This document shows, piece by piece, positions 56,238-64,000 of a stretch of DNA of 64,000 bases (position 1 is the first letter of the stretch; every line of letters starts with the position of its first letter). Under the pieces are notes generated by a model, which was not told where the DNA came from, searched no databases, and saw only the letters and a list, made by a program, of their open reading frames with translations. Both the position numbers and the translations under genes were made by a program. Location: the IMG/VR virus record IMGVR_UViG_3300018059_000011, positions 1 to 64,000 of that record; one strand, 5' to 3'. Source of the stretch: a virus.

Positions 56238-57124
56238 GATGACATATCCTCCGGTGATCTCCAACCAAGGAACTGGCACATGCGGGGATGGTCATAGCCA
56301 CCGACCGCAAGGTATTGGAATTTGGCGAAGCGGCCAATGACGTTTTCCCGGTCGTTCCAGATCGCTTCGCGGTCGGCGTGAGTGAAGCCGCCTCCGATCT
56401 CGAATGTGCCGGGCCACTTTGGGTTCTTGCATACGAGCGTGCCCATGCGCTCGCGCGCGACCTTACCGGCCTTCGCCGACGACCGCTTTGCGCGGCCACG
56501 CTCATCGCGTGTCTTCTCGTTCGTGTTCTCGAACTCCTGGGTGATGGCGACGACCTCGCCCTCATCGTCTTCCCACGGCTTCACTTTCAACAGGAACGCT
56601 TCCTTGAGCGTTGACCGTCCGAACTTGTACGGGGCATCGCCGCGTCGGAGGATCAAGCCCTCGTGACCGGCGGCCAGCGCCACGCCGAACAGGCTCTTGA
56701 CTTCTTGCTGATTCCTGACAACGTGCTGGGCAATGATCTCGACCCAATCGGGGAGTCCAGTCGGTATCAAGAAGTAGCGGTCATCGTATGTGCCTCTGAC
56801 GAGGTAGTTGTCGAAGACGAAGAACCGAATCGTGGGTGCGCCATCGTGTGACATCACCGCAGAGGTCGTGGCCCGGAAATTCACGAAGCCATCGGTCACG
56901 ACCCCGATTTCGCCGTCGAGTCCGTGGGGCAACGAGGACAGCAGCGAGTGAACGTGCCGATTGGGGATCGGCTTCAGCGAACGTGTCCGTGGGCCGTCCG
57001 GTGTTACCACAGCGCGGATGCCGTCCATCTTGTAGGACGCCAGCAACGGATACGTGAGCGCCGAGAGATCGGCGGCGTCCACGGCCAGCATCGGCTCGAA
57101 GGGCCTGTCCACCGCCTTAGCCAT
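56234..57124 (-). CDS. lig: ATP-dependent DNA ligase
   Basis: Motif I KMDGIRA, LDGEI, FFVFD, GHEGLILR, LLKVK, IGGGF. Confidence 0.93.
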   Translation of the reverse strand: MAKAVDRPFEPMLAVDAADLSALTYPLLASYKMDGIRAVVTPDGPRTRSLKPIPNRHVHSLLSSLPHGLDGEIGVVTDGFVNFRATTSAVMSHDGAPTIRFFVFDNYLVRGTYDDRYFLIPTGLPDWVEIIAQHVVRNQQEVKSLFGVALAAGHEGLILRRGDAPYKFGRSTLKEAFLLKVKPWEDDEGEVVAITQEFENTNEKTRDERGRAKRSSAKAGKVARERMGTLVCKNPKWPGTFEIGGGFTHADREAIWNDRENVIGRFAKFQYLAVGGYDHPRMCQFLGWRSPEDMSS

Positions 57125-57416
57125 GTTCCGCGACCTCGGCCATCTCGATCATGGATTGGAAGCGTGCGAGCGCGCGTTTGAAGTCTCCGAACTCTTTCTC
57201 AACGTCGGGAGCCACGCGCAGCAGCCAGTCGATGTTGCGTTCCTGCTGTGCCTTTGGCAACAGCGGATTGACTTCCTCCGGCCCGAAGCGAAGGGTCTTG
57301 GCCGCCGCCTGGACAATGACGCCGAGGGCGATCACGGTCTCACCGGCCTCCTCGATCACATGCGCGAGGAATTGCTCGGGCGTCTTCTGCTTGGAAAGAA
57401 ACTCGTCGTGTGCCAT
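57117..57416 (-). CDS. MazG-like hypothetical protein
   Basis: HVIEEAGE...AAK.LRFG...E.GD helical acidic motif. Confidence 0.55.
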   Translation of the reverse strand: MAHDEFLSKQKTPEQFLAHVIEEAGETVIALGVIVQAAAKTLRFGPEEVNPLLPKAQQERNIDWLLRVAPDVEKEFGDFKRALARFQSMIEMAEVAEHG

Positions 57417-57419
57417 TTC

Positions 57420-57743
57420 CTACCCCATTGGATTGAGAGATTCGTGCCGGGAAAGTTCTGTGATGCCATCGCTGTTGATGGCGTATCCTCGCGATGTGGA
57501 CCACGCCCAACCCTTCTTCACAAGGCGCTGGCCCATCGCCCCGCCGATGCGACCAAGGCCCTGCGCTGACATCCCATAGCCGTTGCGCTTGAGGCCGCCG
57601 GTAACCGCGTGGCCGAGCGCCGCCGGGTAGACCTCGCCGTAGTGCTGACCGAGGATGCGAATGTACCGGGCGCCGTAGTCGCGTTCGAGCGCGCGATGCA
57701 GACACCGGAGGGCGGCGATCTGTTTGGGTGTCGTCGTTGTCAT
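57420..57743 (-). CDS. Hypothetical protein (winged-helix-like)
   Basis: RLVKKGWA....GYAIN.DG..EL C-terminus. Confidence 0.55.
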   Translation of the reverse strand: MTTTTPKQIAALRCLHRALERDYGARYIRILGQHYGEVYPAALGHAVTGGLKRNGYGMSAQGLGRIGGAMGQRLVKKGWAWSTSRGYAINSDGITELSRHESLNPMG

Positions 57744-58003
57744 CCTTCGATGGCCTTTTCGTCCACGTATCGGGCGTAGCACCATGCTGTAGGATTGTCG
57801 GGGTCGTGCGATGTAGGCCAATCCCGATAGATCGCAAGGGCGTTGCCGGACTCGTCGTAGAGGATTGGATAGACATCGCCGTCACGACGCATAGCGTGAT
57901 GGAGATGACAGGCGACTACGCGGCCATCGTCATATCTGACGTAGAGAAGCGTCTCGGTGGGCGGATGGATGTCGTTGAACTCGTGCCAGTTTCGTTCGCT
58001 CAT
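57740..58003 (-). CDS. Hypothetical protein
   Basis: ATGA-coupled; WHEF...PP...PTAW motif. Confidence 0.6.
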   Translation of the reverse strand: MSERNWHEFNDIHPPTETLLYVRYDDGRVVACHLHHAMRRDGDVYPILYDESGNALAIYRDWPTSHDPDNPTAWCYARYVDEKAIEG

Positions 58004-58494
58004 GATCTTGTGTCCTTGTTCACGTCCCAGAAGCGCACTTTCTTCATCTTGGAGATCGTGGAGTAGCCTTCGGAGACGGCATGGTGTCTACCGTAATCAT
58101 GACAGACGATCCGGCGCTCGAAGACGCCGTAGTTCTGGTATTTGAAATCGTTGAGGAAACGCGGGGCGGCGACCGGCAACTTCGTGGTGCCGGGGATGAT
58201 CGGTGTCGTCCGCTTCATCAGCAGCACCGAGCCGTTCTCGGAGATGTTGACGCACGGTGCCAGCCACGACGCCATCTTGGTGTCGCGAAGCTGGTCCCAG
58301 AGTTCCCACTCGGCCACGTTCTGAAAGCTGTGCGAGGCTCGCTCGATCTTGACGACCAGGGACTTGTCGAGCTTGCACGCGAATACGTCGCGACCGATTC
58401 CATAGCCGAGCTTCTCGCCGACCATCAGATCGAAGAACTCGCGTGAGATCGCGCTGGTGAAATAGACTTGGCGGACTTCAGAATCACGGGCCAT
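58000..58494 (-). CDS. Minimal protein-kinase-like protein
   Basis: LGYGIGRDVF (Gly loop), VVKIE, QNVAEW, DFKYQNYG (catalytic loop), HDYG (DFG-like). Confidence 0.7.
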   Translation of the reverse strand: MARDSEVRQVYFTSAISREFFDLMVGEKLGYGIGRDVFACKLDKSLVVKIERASHSFQNVAEWELWDQLRDTKMASWLAPCVNISENGSVLLMKRTTPIIPGTTKLPVAAPRFLNDFKYQNYGVFERRIVCHDYGRHHAVSEGYSTISKMKKVRFWDVNKDTRS

Positions 58495-58753
58495 CACAAA
58501 TCTCCACGTAGATGTCGCCGTGGCAAGCGACATCGTGATCGGGTTCTTTACAGACACAGCCCAGCGTCTTGCCGGTCAGGTCTCGGCGGATGCGCTTCTG
58601 AAACTCCAGGTCAGCGAGGACATCGGTTCTGTGTTTGGCGATGACCTCCTCGCGGGTTCCGTGTTTGCCGATGACATACTTGTTGCCGTAGATGCTGGGC
58701 CGGGTGATTCTGGTATCGCAGGGTTCGTACTTGATGTTGACGACCCGTGTCAT
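58484..58753 (-). CDS. DUF4326 protein
   Basis: I.RPS.YGN.Y.IG..GTREEVI...L.GK.LGC.C.....CHGD. Confidence 0.85.
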   Translation of the reverse strand: MTRVVNIKYEPCDTRITRPSIYGNKYVIGKHGTREEVIAKHRTDVLADLEFQKRIRRDLTGKTLGCVCKEPDHDVACHGDIYVEICDGP

Positions 58754-59199
58754 TTTTCGAGGATCGCTTTCGAGGCAGCAGCCTTCGTGACCATGAATCC
58801 GTAGAGTGGGCCAGAGAGCCGGTCGGCAATGGCCTTGAGATGCAAGCGCCGCTCGATGCGATTGTGGGTCAGCCCGAAGGTCATGTGCTCTTGCCGGTGC
58901 GCGAGCAATTCCTCATTGTATCGGAATTGGGGATTGGTGAGATACCAGTGCCACCATTTCTCCGGGCTCCAGTTCGGCTCGCTCGGGTCTCTTTCGCCGG
59001 GCAGACCCGTGAAGTATTCGGCGAGTTGCCGACGCGAATGAATCTCTTCGTGCGCGACCAACTCTTTCGGAATTGAGACCCCGGTCGGATTGTGGATGGT
59101 GTCGCCATAGCAGAAGAGAACGCCGGGTTTACGGCAGGCGGCGCCGAAGACCTTCTCGATCTCGGCGATGTTCGGCGGCAGCGTCAACGCGATTTTCAT
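58750..59199 (-). CDS. HExxH-motif hypothetical protein
   Basis: YGDTIHNP...LVAHEEIHSRRQ...FR...EL.A. Confidence 0.65.
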   Translation of the reverse strand: MKIALTLPPNIAEIEKVFGAACRKPGVLFCYGDTIHNPTGVSIPKELVAHEEIHSRRQLAEYFTGLPGERDPSEPNWSPEKWWHWYLTNPQFRYNEELLAHRQEHMTFGLTHNRIERRLHLKAIADRLSGPLYGFMVTKAAASKAILEK

Positions 59200-59426
59200 G
59201 GACCCGTTCCAATCACGATAGGGTTGATGAAGGCTGTCTCCTCGTCGTTAAGTCCTTGGACCTCGACGGCGCACCATTGTAGGAAGCCCGATATGACCGC
59301 GAGCATTTTGCATCCTGACCACGGCTTAACGCATTCAGCCGGTGACCGCACCACGCGCATCTTGGAGAAATACTCCTGAGTGAAATAGCAGGGGCCGCCG
59401 ACAGCAACGTCGTAGTACGATGTCAT
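59196..59426 (-). CDS. Hypothetical protein
   Basis: ATGA-coupled at both ends. Confidence 0.55.
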   Translation of the reverse strand: MTSYYDVAVGGPCYFTQEYFSKMRVVRSPAECVKPWSGCKMLAVISGFLQWCAVEVQGLNDEETAFINPIVIGTGP

Positions 59427-59845
59427 CGAAGTTCGTCCCTGATCTTCATGAGCATACGGCCCAGGTGATTGAAGCCGAGGCCGCCGCATTGTCCCCAGAA
59501 GGTGTCGCCCCAGTAGTTGCCTTCGACGATTTCACCGTCGATCTCCGCGAGCTTCGCCGCGAGTTCGGAGCCACGGGCGAACTTCTGCCTCAACAGCGCC
59601 TCCATCACCGGGAGCTTGATCGCGTCCCAGTCGCGGCGCAGGATGAGCTTCTGGCCGCGTCTCTTGGCGTCTCCCGGTCTTGGGCACATTGCCAACGACG
59701 CGAACCAAACCCATTGATGCTCGTCCGTTGTCTTCGCCGCTTGATAGGCGTGCTCGACGGTCGGGTAATCAAAATTGCCGACGCCACGAACTTGCGCCGG
59801 GTAGAAATTCGAGAGCCACCGGAACTTGCCGGTGAAACTCTTCAC
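59423..59845 (-). CDS. NADAR (YbiA/DUF1768) family protein
   Basis: LSNFY...YPTVEHAYQAAK...AKRRG...R.DW...M...LRQKF...VEGN.WGDTFWG...G.N.LG..LM.IR. Confidence 0.92.
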   Translation of the reverse strand: MKSFTGKFRWLSNFYPAQVRGVGNFDYPTVEHAYQAAKTTDEHQWVWFASLAMCPRPGDAKRRGQKLILRRDWDAIKLPVMEALLRQKFARGSELAAKLAEIDGEIVEGNYWGDTFWGQCGGLGFNHLGRMLMKIRDELR

Positions 59846-60075
59846 TCCCCCGCTTTCTTGCATCCCAAGCTCCTCAGAAGACGGCGCAGGCCGGAGCGCC
59901 GATTCAACAGGCCCCGATAGTCGGAGGGTGTCCCCGGATACGTCGAGTAGTAGGTCTTGAGCCCGACTTTGAAGTAGACAGCGGGGTGCTCAGCCCGATG
60001 CCCGAACTCGTAGGTGGTTATCCCGAACGAGATCAGTTCTTCGGCGAGCATCTTCTCGAAGTCACGGCGTTTCAA
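59842..60075 (-). CDS. HicA-like small protein
   Basis: H.......PGTPSD.RG..N....LRR pattern. Confidence 0.5.
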   Translation of the reverse strand: MKRRDFEKMLAEELISFGITTYEFGHRAEHPAVYFKVGLKTYYSTYPGTPSDYRGLLNRRSGLRRLLRSLGCKKAGE

Positions 60076-60374
60076 AGGAACTCTCCGTTCTCGTCCACGC
60101 GCTCGAAGTTCTTCAGGCTGAGAATGGCGAAGTCTTCGTGCAGGGCTTGCGGTGACAGCGCGCAGTGATTATCCCGCGAAGTGATGTAGCCGATGACGGC
60201 CCGGATGCGGCGGCCAGTGTAGCCGTCGTGGTCGGAGGTCTGTTCCATGAGCACAACGCCGTCACCGACCACGAAGTTGCGGTCGTCCGACCGCCTAAGA
60301 TCGTGGGTCTTGGCGCCGGTCCAGATCGGATCGAATTGCTTGTGCGATGATTTCAAAAAATGTGTCGTGCTCAC
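60072..60374 (-). CDS. DUF3850/ASCH-domain protein
   Basis: H.LK....F..I..G.KT.DLR..DDRNF.VGD...L.E....YTGR...I.YI. Confidence 0.85.
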   Translation of the reverse strand: MSTTHFLKSSHKQFDPIWTGAKTHDLRRSDDRNFVVGDGVVLMEQTSDHDGYTGRRIRAVIGYITSRDNHCALSPQALHEDFAILSLKNFERVDENGEFL

Positions 60375-60616
60375 AACCGCCCCCTCAAGAATGTCCGAAG
60401 CTCGGCGTCGAGCCGGATCACGGAATGATGTGCCGGGTCCATATCCGAAGCCTTGGTGAACTCCGACAGGATGATGTCGCCATTGTCTCCGAGTTCAATC
60501 GACAGCGTGGCCTCGCCGATTGCCAACAGGTCTTTCCCGTTCTCAGCGTGGCCCGGCAGGACTACGCCTGGGGTCTTGCGCTCAAAGATGATGTTGTGGT
60601 CGATGTCGGCTACCAT
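60371..60616 (-). CDS. Hypothetical protein
   Basis: RBS GGAGGAG; coupled start. Confidence 0.6.
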   Translation of the reverse strand: MVADIDHNIIFERKTPGVVLPGHAENGKDLLAIGEATLSIELGDNGDIILSEFTKASDMDPAHHSVIRLDAELRTFLRGRL

Positions 60617-60813
60617 CAGACCAACTCCTCCATGCCGCGCCAAAGCTTGTGGTCGTCCTCGTAGACGCGGAACCAATTCGGACTTTGCTCACCGCTGAAC
60701 TCGGCGTTGAGGCTGTCCACAATCTTGGAGGCCAGCGGCTCGTCGATGTCCGTGCAGATCAGGTAGTCGGCCACGGTCTCGCGCGCGAAGTTGTCGGTCA
60801 TCACGATCTTCAT
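60616..60813 (-). CDS. Hypothetical protein
   Basis: MKIV.TDNF.RE....D...LN motif. Confidence 0.65.
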   Translation of the reverse strand: MKIVMTDNFARETVADYLICTDIDEPLASKIVDSLNAEFSGEQSPNWFRVYEDDHKLWRGMEELV

Positions 60814-61301
60814 CTGTAGAACTTCTTCTGAATCCGCGCAGGCAGTTTCGTGTGGATACGGCCTTCGCCACGTTTAGGCCAGTAGCCCGGCACGCGGCGT
60901 TCGATGAACTCGACTTTCTCAATCAAGTCCGCCCGACTGCTGCTCTTGTGGCAGTAGTCGTGCAGGAATCCGTCGTCGCCCAGGACTTCTTGGATTGGGG
61001 AGACGCCGGAGGCGAGCGCGAGCATACCAAGGAAACAAAGCGCGTGCAAGACGATCAGTTCGTACTTGCGACGTTCCATGCGTTTCTTTTTCAGGATGGT
61101 GGACGCCCGCTCATAGGGAGCGGCCCGGCTTCCGCGTTCGCAACGCACGCGCTCGCCGATGCCGCGTTTCTCGGCGATGTCGATGGCCTGCCGCTTCGAT
61201 GTAGCCCAGATGTAGCCGCCGAAGACACCAGGGCGCATCGCCTGTTCCTTCTTGCCAATGGGCGCCCAGTTCGCTCGATAGTCTGTGATCCACCAAGCCA
61301 T
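60810..61301 (-). CDS. Hypothetical protein
   Basis: 163-aa coupled ORF. Confidence 0.65.
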   Translation of the reverse strand: MAWWITDYRANWAPIGKKEQAMRPGVFGGYIWATSKRQAIDIAEKRGIGERVRCERGSRAAPYERASTILKKKRMERRKYELIVLHALCFLGMLALASGVSPIQEVLGDDGFLHDYCHKSSSRADLIEKVEFIERRVPGYWPKRGEGRIHTKLPARIQKKFYR

Positions 61302-61486
61302 CAGTTTTCTTCCAGTGCGTCTTGGTCGGCTTTCATCTGCGCCCTGAGTTTGACTTCGGATTTGAGACGGGCGAGCCGAAAGGTGTAGATAGTCTTGGCC
61401 GTGGACAAGATCGCGGTTATGGTCATGGCCGCTGCGACGATAGCAACGAGCCAGTCTGGGAAGTTGATGGCGAACTCGACGTGCAT
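61301..61486 (-). CDS. Small membrane protein
   Basis: One TM helix; TGATG coupling. Confidence 0.6.
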   Translation of the reverse strand: MHVEFAINFPDWLVAIVAAAMTITAILSTAKTIYTFRLARLKSEVKLRAQMKADQDALEEN

Positions 61487-61752
61487 CAGAGGCTCCCGAG
61501 GACGTTGACGACGGCGTTGGGGTAATCCCGCTTCAGGAGCTTCTCGGCGCGCACGGCCTGGGCCTCGTTCAAGATCATAGCCGTGCCTTCGTCCGGCGAC
61601 AACGTGCAAGTCCGATGTGGCCGCAGCGGAGTTCCCATGCGAATGCCGTTCGGGGTCTTCGCCTTGCGAGGTCGCCCAGGAGTATGCGTCACCTTGAAGC
61701 CGGTGACCCGCGAGTACGGACCCCCGTCTTTGCGATGGGCCAAGAACTTCAT
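61486..61752 (-). CDS. Hypothetical protein
   Basis: Coupled ORF starting MKFLAHR. Confidence 0.6.
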   Translation of the reverse strand: MKFLAHRKDGGPYSRVTGFKVTHTPGRPRKAKTPNGIRMGTPLRPHRTCTLSPDEGTAMILNEAQAVRAEKLLKRDYPNAVVNVLGSL

Positions 61753-62168
61753 TTGGTGGGTGACTCCTCGTAGAATTGAGCGAGCTTGTTCACGATCAGG
61801 TCGAGCTTGTGATCGACCGGATGGGTGACGATGATCGGCGTCGCCCGCAGGCGCCGTTCCTTCTCGGCGAGGCACAAGGCCCCGGCCCGAATGAGATCGC
61901 GCTCAGGCGTCTTCGGTTTCCACCATTCGGGCGACCACGGCCAACCCAGGGGAATGCCGTTGTCATCAACGGACAGCGGGATGACTTCGCCTTCGTAGAC
62001 GAGGCCGCCCGCGTTCTGGTAGTAGATGATCGCGGCCCGCAGCATCTCACTGCCGTCGTGGGCATCATCGTGCTCTGCGGTCCAGCCCTCGACGGCGATC
62101 TGGCGCTTTCTCTCGGTGATGAGCGCGGCGAATGCTTTGACCCTGGCTTCGGCGGCAGCGGTTCTCAT
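61749..62168 (-). CDS. Conserved phage protein
   Basis: ERKRQIAVEGWTAEHDDAH...WPW...WWKP...RDL.RAGAL..AE.ER. Confidence 0.8.
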   Translation of the reverse strand: MRTAAAEARVKAFAALITERKRQIAVEGWTAEHDDAHDGSEMLRAAIIYYQNAGGLVYEGEVIPLSVDDNGIPLGWPWSPEWWKPKTPERDLIRAGALCLAEKERRLRATPIIVTHPVDHKLDLIVNKLAQFYEESPTK

Positions 62169-62485
62169 TTGCCCTCCCAGAACAAAACCCAGTCCCGAGG
62201 GACTGAGCACCAAAGATAGTCCGGCGTCATTTCCCCTTGGAAATTGAAGATCAGCTTGTTCGTCTGGTCGTAGAGGATCAGCGCCTTTGCGGGGCCGAGA
62301 CCGTATTCCTTCAAGTACCCGGCGACGATGAAGTCGGACATCGGAAACAGGTTGTGCTTGTCCTTGAAGAGAATGGGCTCTCCGGTCGGCGGCATCTCGT
62401 CCTTGAACGTGCGCCAAACGAAAGGCCCGCGACGTACTGGCGGGGTCACGATCCGGGGGCCGTCTGGCCGATGTTGTTTGCTCAT
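62165..62485 (-). CDS. Hypothetical protein
   Basis: Coupled ORF; W...DEMPP motif. Confidence 0.6.
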   Translation of the reverse strand: MSKQHRPDGPRIVTPPVRRGPFVWRTFKDEMPPTGEPILFKDKHNLFPMSDFIVAGYLKEYGLGPAKALILYDQTNKLIFNFQGEMTPDYLWCSVPRDWVLFWEGK

Positions 62486-62808
62486 GCTTCTTTCCTCAAA
62501 ACTTTGCCTCGCAGGAATCCGCCCTTGCGAACTTCCTTCTCGCGGCGCTGATGTTCGATCTCGGACCAGGGCACAGCATTCAGCGTTGCCAAGTCCATCA
62601 ACACTTGGAGAGCGTCCGCATATTCCACGGGGTCGGTCATCGACTCGCGGATTTCCTCGGCCTCTTCGTGGAGCTTGCCGATGAGAAGCAGTGGCACCAT
62701 GTTCGCGGCCACGGGTGGCTCCACGTCATAGGAATTGCCGGTCCTGGCAACGTAGGCGGCGTGGCCCGGATCGTCCTCCGGCCCCAGGAGATCGCGGATG
62801 ACTTTCAT
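62482..62808 (-). CDS. MazG-like / phosphoribosyl-ATP pyrophosphohydrolase-like protein
   Basis: KVIRD...KL.EEAEE....VEYAD..QV......EIE..R..K...KGGF. Confidence 0.8.
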   Translation of the reverse strand: MKVIRDLLGPEDDPGHAAYVARTGNSYDVEPPVAANMVPLLLIGKLHEEAEEIRESMTDPVEYADALQVLMDLATLNAVPWSEIEHQRREKEVRKGGFLRGKVLRKEA

Positions 62809-62812
62809 CTTC

Positions 62813-63067
62813 TTAGTTCCCACTTGCGGTCTTCCTTCCGATGGCATACTTGCGGGCGACGGCGTAGGCCCCGAGCGCGAACCACGCGCACTGAAGTACA
62901 AAGCTGGCGTAGGCTTGATGCGCGTAGACGTTGGCGCCGACGAGCACGGCACCGACGATGTTGGCAGCGTTCGACCAGTAGGACGTGCCCGCCAGCTTTC
63001 CCGTGGATACGAGATAGTACGCCACGAGGACGACGGCGATGCCGGTGTAACCGAGGACTTCGATCAT
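62813..63067 (-). CDS. CBU_0592-like 3-TM membrane protein
   Basis: LGYTG...VL.AY.L...GK.......N..G..L........AY.S..LQ..W. Confidence 0.75.
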   Translation of the reverse strand: MIEVLGYTGIAVVLVAYYLVSTGKLAGTSYWSNAANIVGAVLVGANVYAHQAYASFVLQCAWFALGAYAVARKYAIGRKTASGN

Positions 63068-63408
63068 CCGCCGTATTGCTCCACTTTGGATCGTTCGAGA
63101 TCGGTGAGCCCATCCTCGCCCTTGATGGTGTTGTCCACCAGTTTAGCCGGGCGCGGGAAATAATGATACCAGCCGATGACAGTCCACGAGCATGTTTCGA
63201 GGCCGCCAAAAAAGAACGGCCAGTGGACTCCGAACTTTGCGAACAGCCACCCGAAGTAAGTCACGCACGCGAACCAGAACAAGGCGATGGTTTGGGCCGG
63301 GACTTCAACGGCGTTGCCGGTTCTGAGCGCTTTATATACTGACGGAAATGCGGCGATGCCGAACAACGCCCCACCGAGTCCGCCGAGAAGATCAATGTCG
63401 AAGTTCAT
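63064..63408 (-). CDS. PQ-loop/SemiSWEET-like 3-TM protein
   Basis: LLG.LGG.LF.IAAFP.VYK..RTG.A..V; three TM helices. Confidence 0.7.
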   Translation of the reverse strand: MNFDIDLLGGLGGALFGIAAFPSVYKALRTGNAVEVPAQTIALFWFACVTYFGWLFAKFGVHWPFFFGGLETCSWTVIGWYHYFPRPAKLVDNTIKGEDGLTDLERSKVEQYGG

Positions 63409-63686
63409 GGTCGTGCTCCCCAGTGCATGATGCCGTTAGCGGCGTTGTTCGAGTAGAAGTGAATCCGATTGTCGGCATCGACTTCGAGATGGTGATACTT
63501 GAAGACAACGAACTGTGCCGGTGCGTAATTCTGCGGGCTTCCAGTGCCCCCGAAATAGTGGTGGCCTCCGACTTTGAAGGCGAGCAATCGCTCTTGCTTG
63601 TTCCAAGCGCAGAACGTGAGCTTGCCCCAGGAGACGCCGATGATCTCCATGCGACGGTCATTGTGGAGGACGATCTCGGTCTGCAT
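63405..63686 (-). CDS. Hypothetical protein
   Basis: Coupled ORF. Confidence 0.55.
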   Translation of the reverse strand: MQTEIVLHNDRRMEIIGVSWGKLTFCAWNKQERLLAFKVGGHHYFGGTGSPQNYAPAQFVVFKYHHLEVDADNRIHFYSNNAANGIMHWGARP

Positions 63687-63907
63687 CAGCGGTTCACCTT
63701 GCCGAGTACCGCGTGATCGGGACACAGATGGCTGACCAAATAGTATTCGCCTTGCTTTGGGTCATGCACGAGGCCCGAGATAACTTTCCACTGCTTGCGC
63801 GTGATGATGTCATTGGCCTCTTCTTGGGACCGCGCATAGACAGTGACCTCGACGCAACAGCCACGGGCCTCATCGCAACCGATTGTGAAGGGAAGCTTGA
63901 ACGCCAT
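63686..63907 (-). CDS. Small Cys-containing protein
   Basis: CDEARGC...W......HLCPDH zinc-ribbon-like. Confidence 0.6.
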   Translation of the reverse strand: MAFKLPFTIGCDEARGCCVEVTVYARSQEEANDIITRKQWKVISGLVHDPKQGEYYLVSHLCPDHAVLGKVNR

Positions 63908-64000
63908 CAGAGAAGTCCCTCGGACATCGCTCGGTTGAACACGTAGTCATCGGCCCGCTTCTGGGTCTCGGGCCGGGGTTTGACGCCGCTAGTGTACTGG
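63907..64000 (-). CDS. 3' end of a gene entering from outside the window
   Basis: ...QYTSGVKPRPETQKRADDYVFNRAMSEGLL*, coupled by TGATG. Confidence 0.45.
   Translation of the reverse strand, partial: QYTSGVKPRPETQKRADDYVFNRAMSEGLL

Overview
A 64-kb segment of a GC-rich tailed-phage genome, probably a long-tailed siphovirus of an alphaproteobacterial host. Host clues are a GTA-type DUF2460/DUF2163/NlpC-P60/tail-tip module, a tRNA-His with A73, CtrA-like TTAA-N7-TTAA/TTAACC motifs and a CCUCCUCCC-loop sRNA candidate. Layout: 1-1600 leftward small genes plus a motif-dense non-coding region; 1.7-13.9 kb rightward accessory genes (phosphoesterase, sce7726-like nuclease, SleB-like hydrolase, nucleotidyltransferase) with a tRNA/structured-RNA cluster; 14-52.3 kb packaging, head, tail and tail-fibre genes with a YuA-like capsid and tail tube; 52.8-54.7 kb lysis cassette; tRNA-Gln; 55.8-64 kb leftward accessory genes (DNA ligase, GNAT, kinase-like, NADAR, ASCH, MazG-like, PQ-loop). 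Thirteen free-standing homing-endonuclease-like genes are interspersed. Most notable: (1) several endonuclease genes are flanked by a diverged duplicate of the element they interrupt (gene 5' end, gene 3' end, promoter, tRNA 3' end); (2) one ~120-aa module is inserted in-frame six times into five different virion proteins; (3) a stand-alone antisense sRNA has its own promoter, an anti-Shine-Dalgarno CCUCCUCCC loop and a terminator; (4) CtrA-like and GANTC motifs lie in control regions; (5) there are unassigned structured RNAs among the tRNAs. All calls are from reading the sequence by eye; no searches or folding programs were run.
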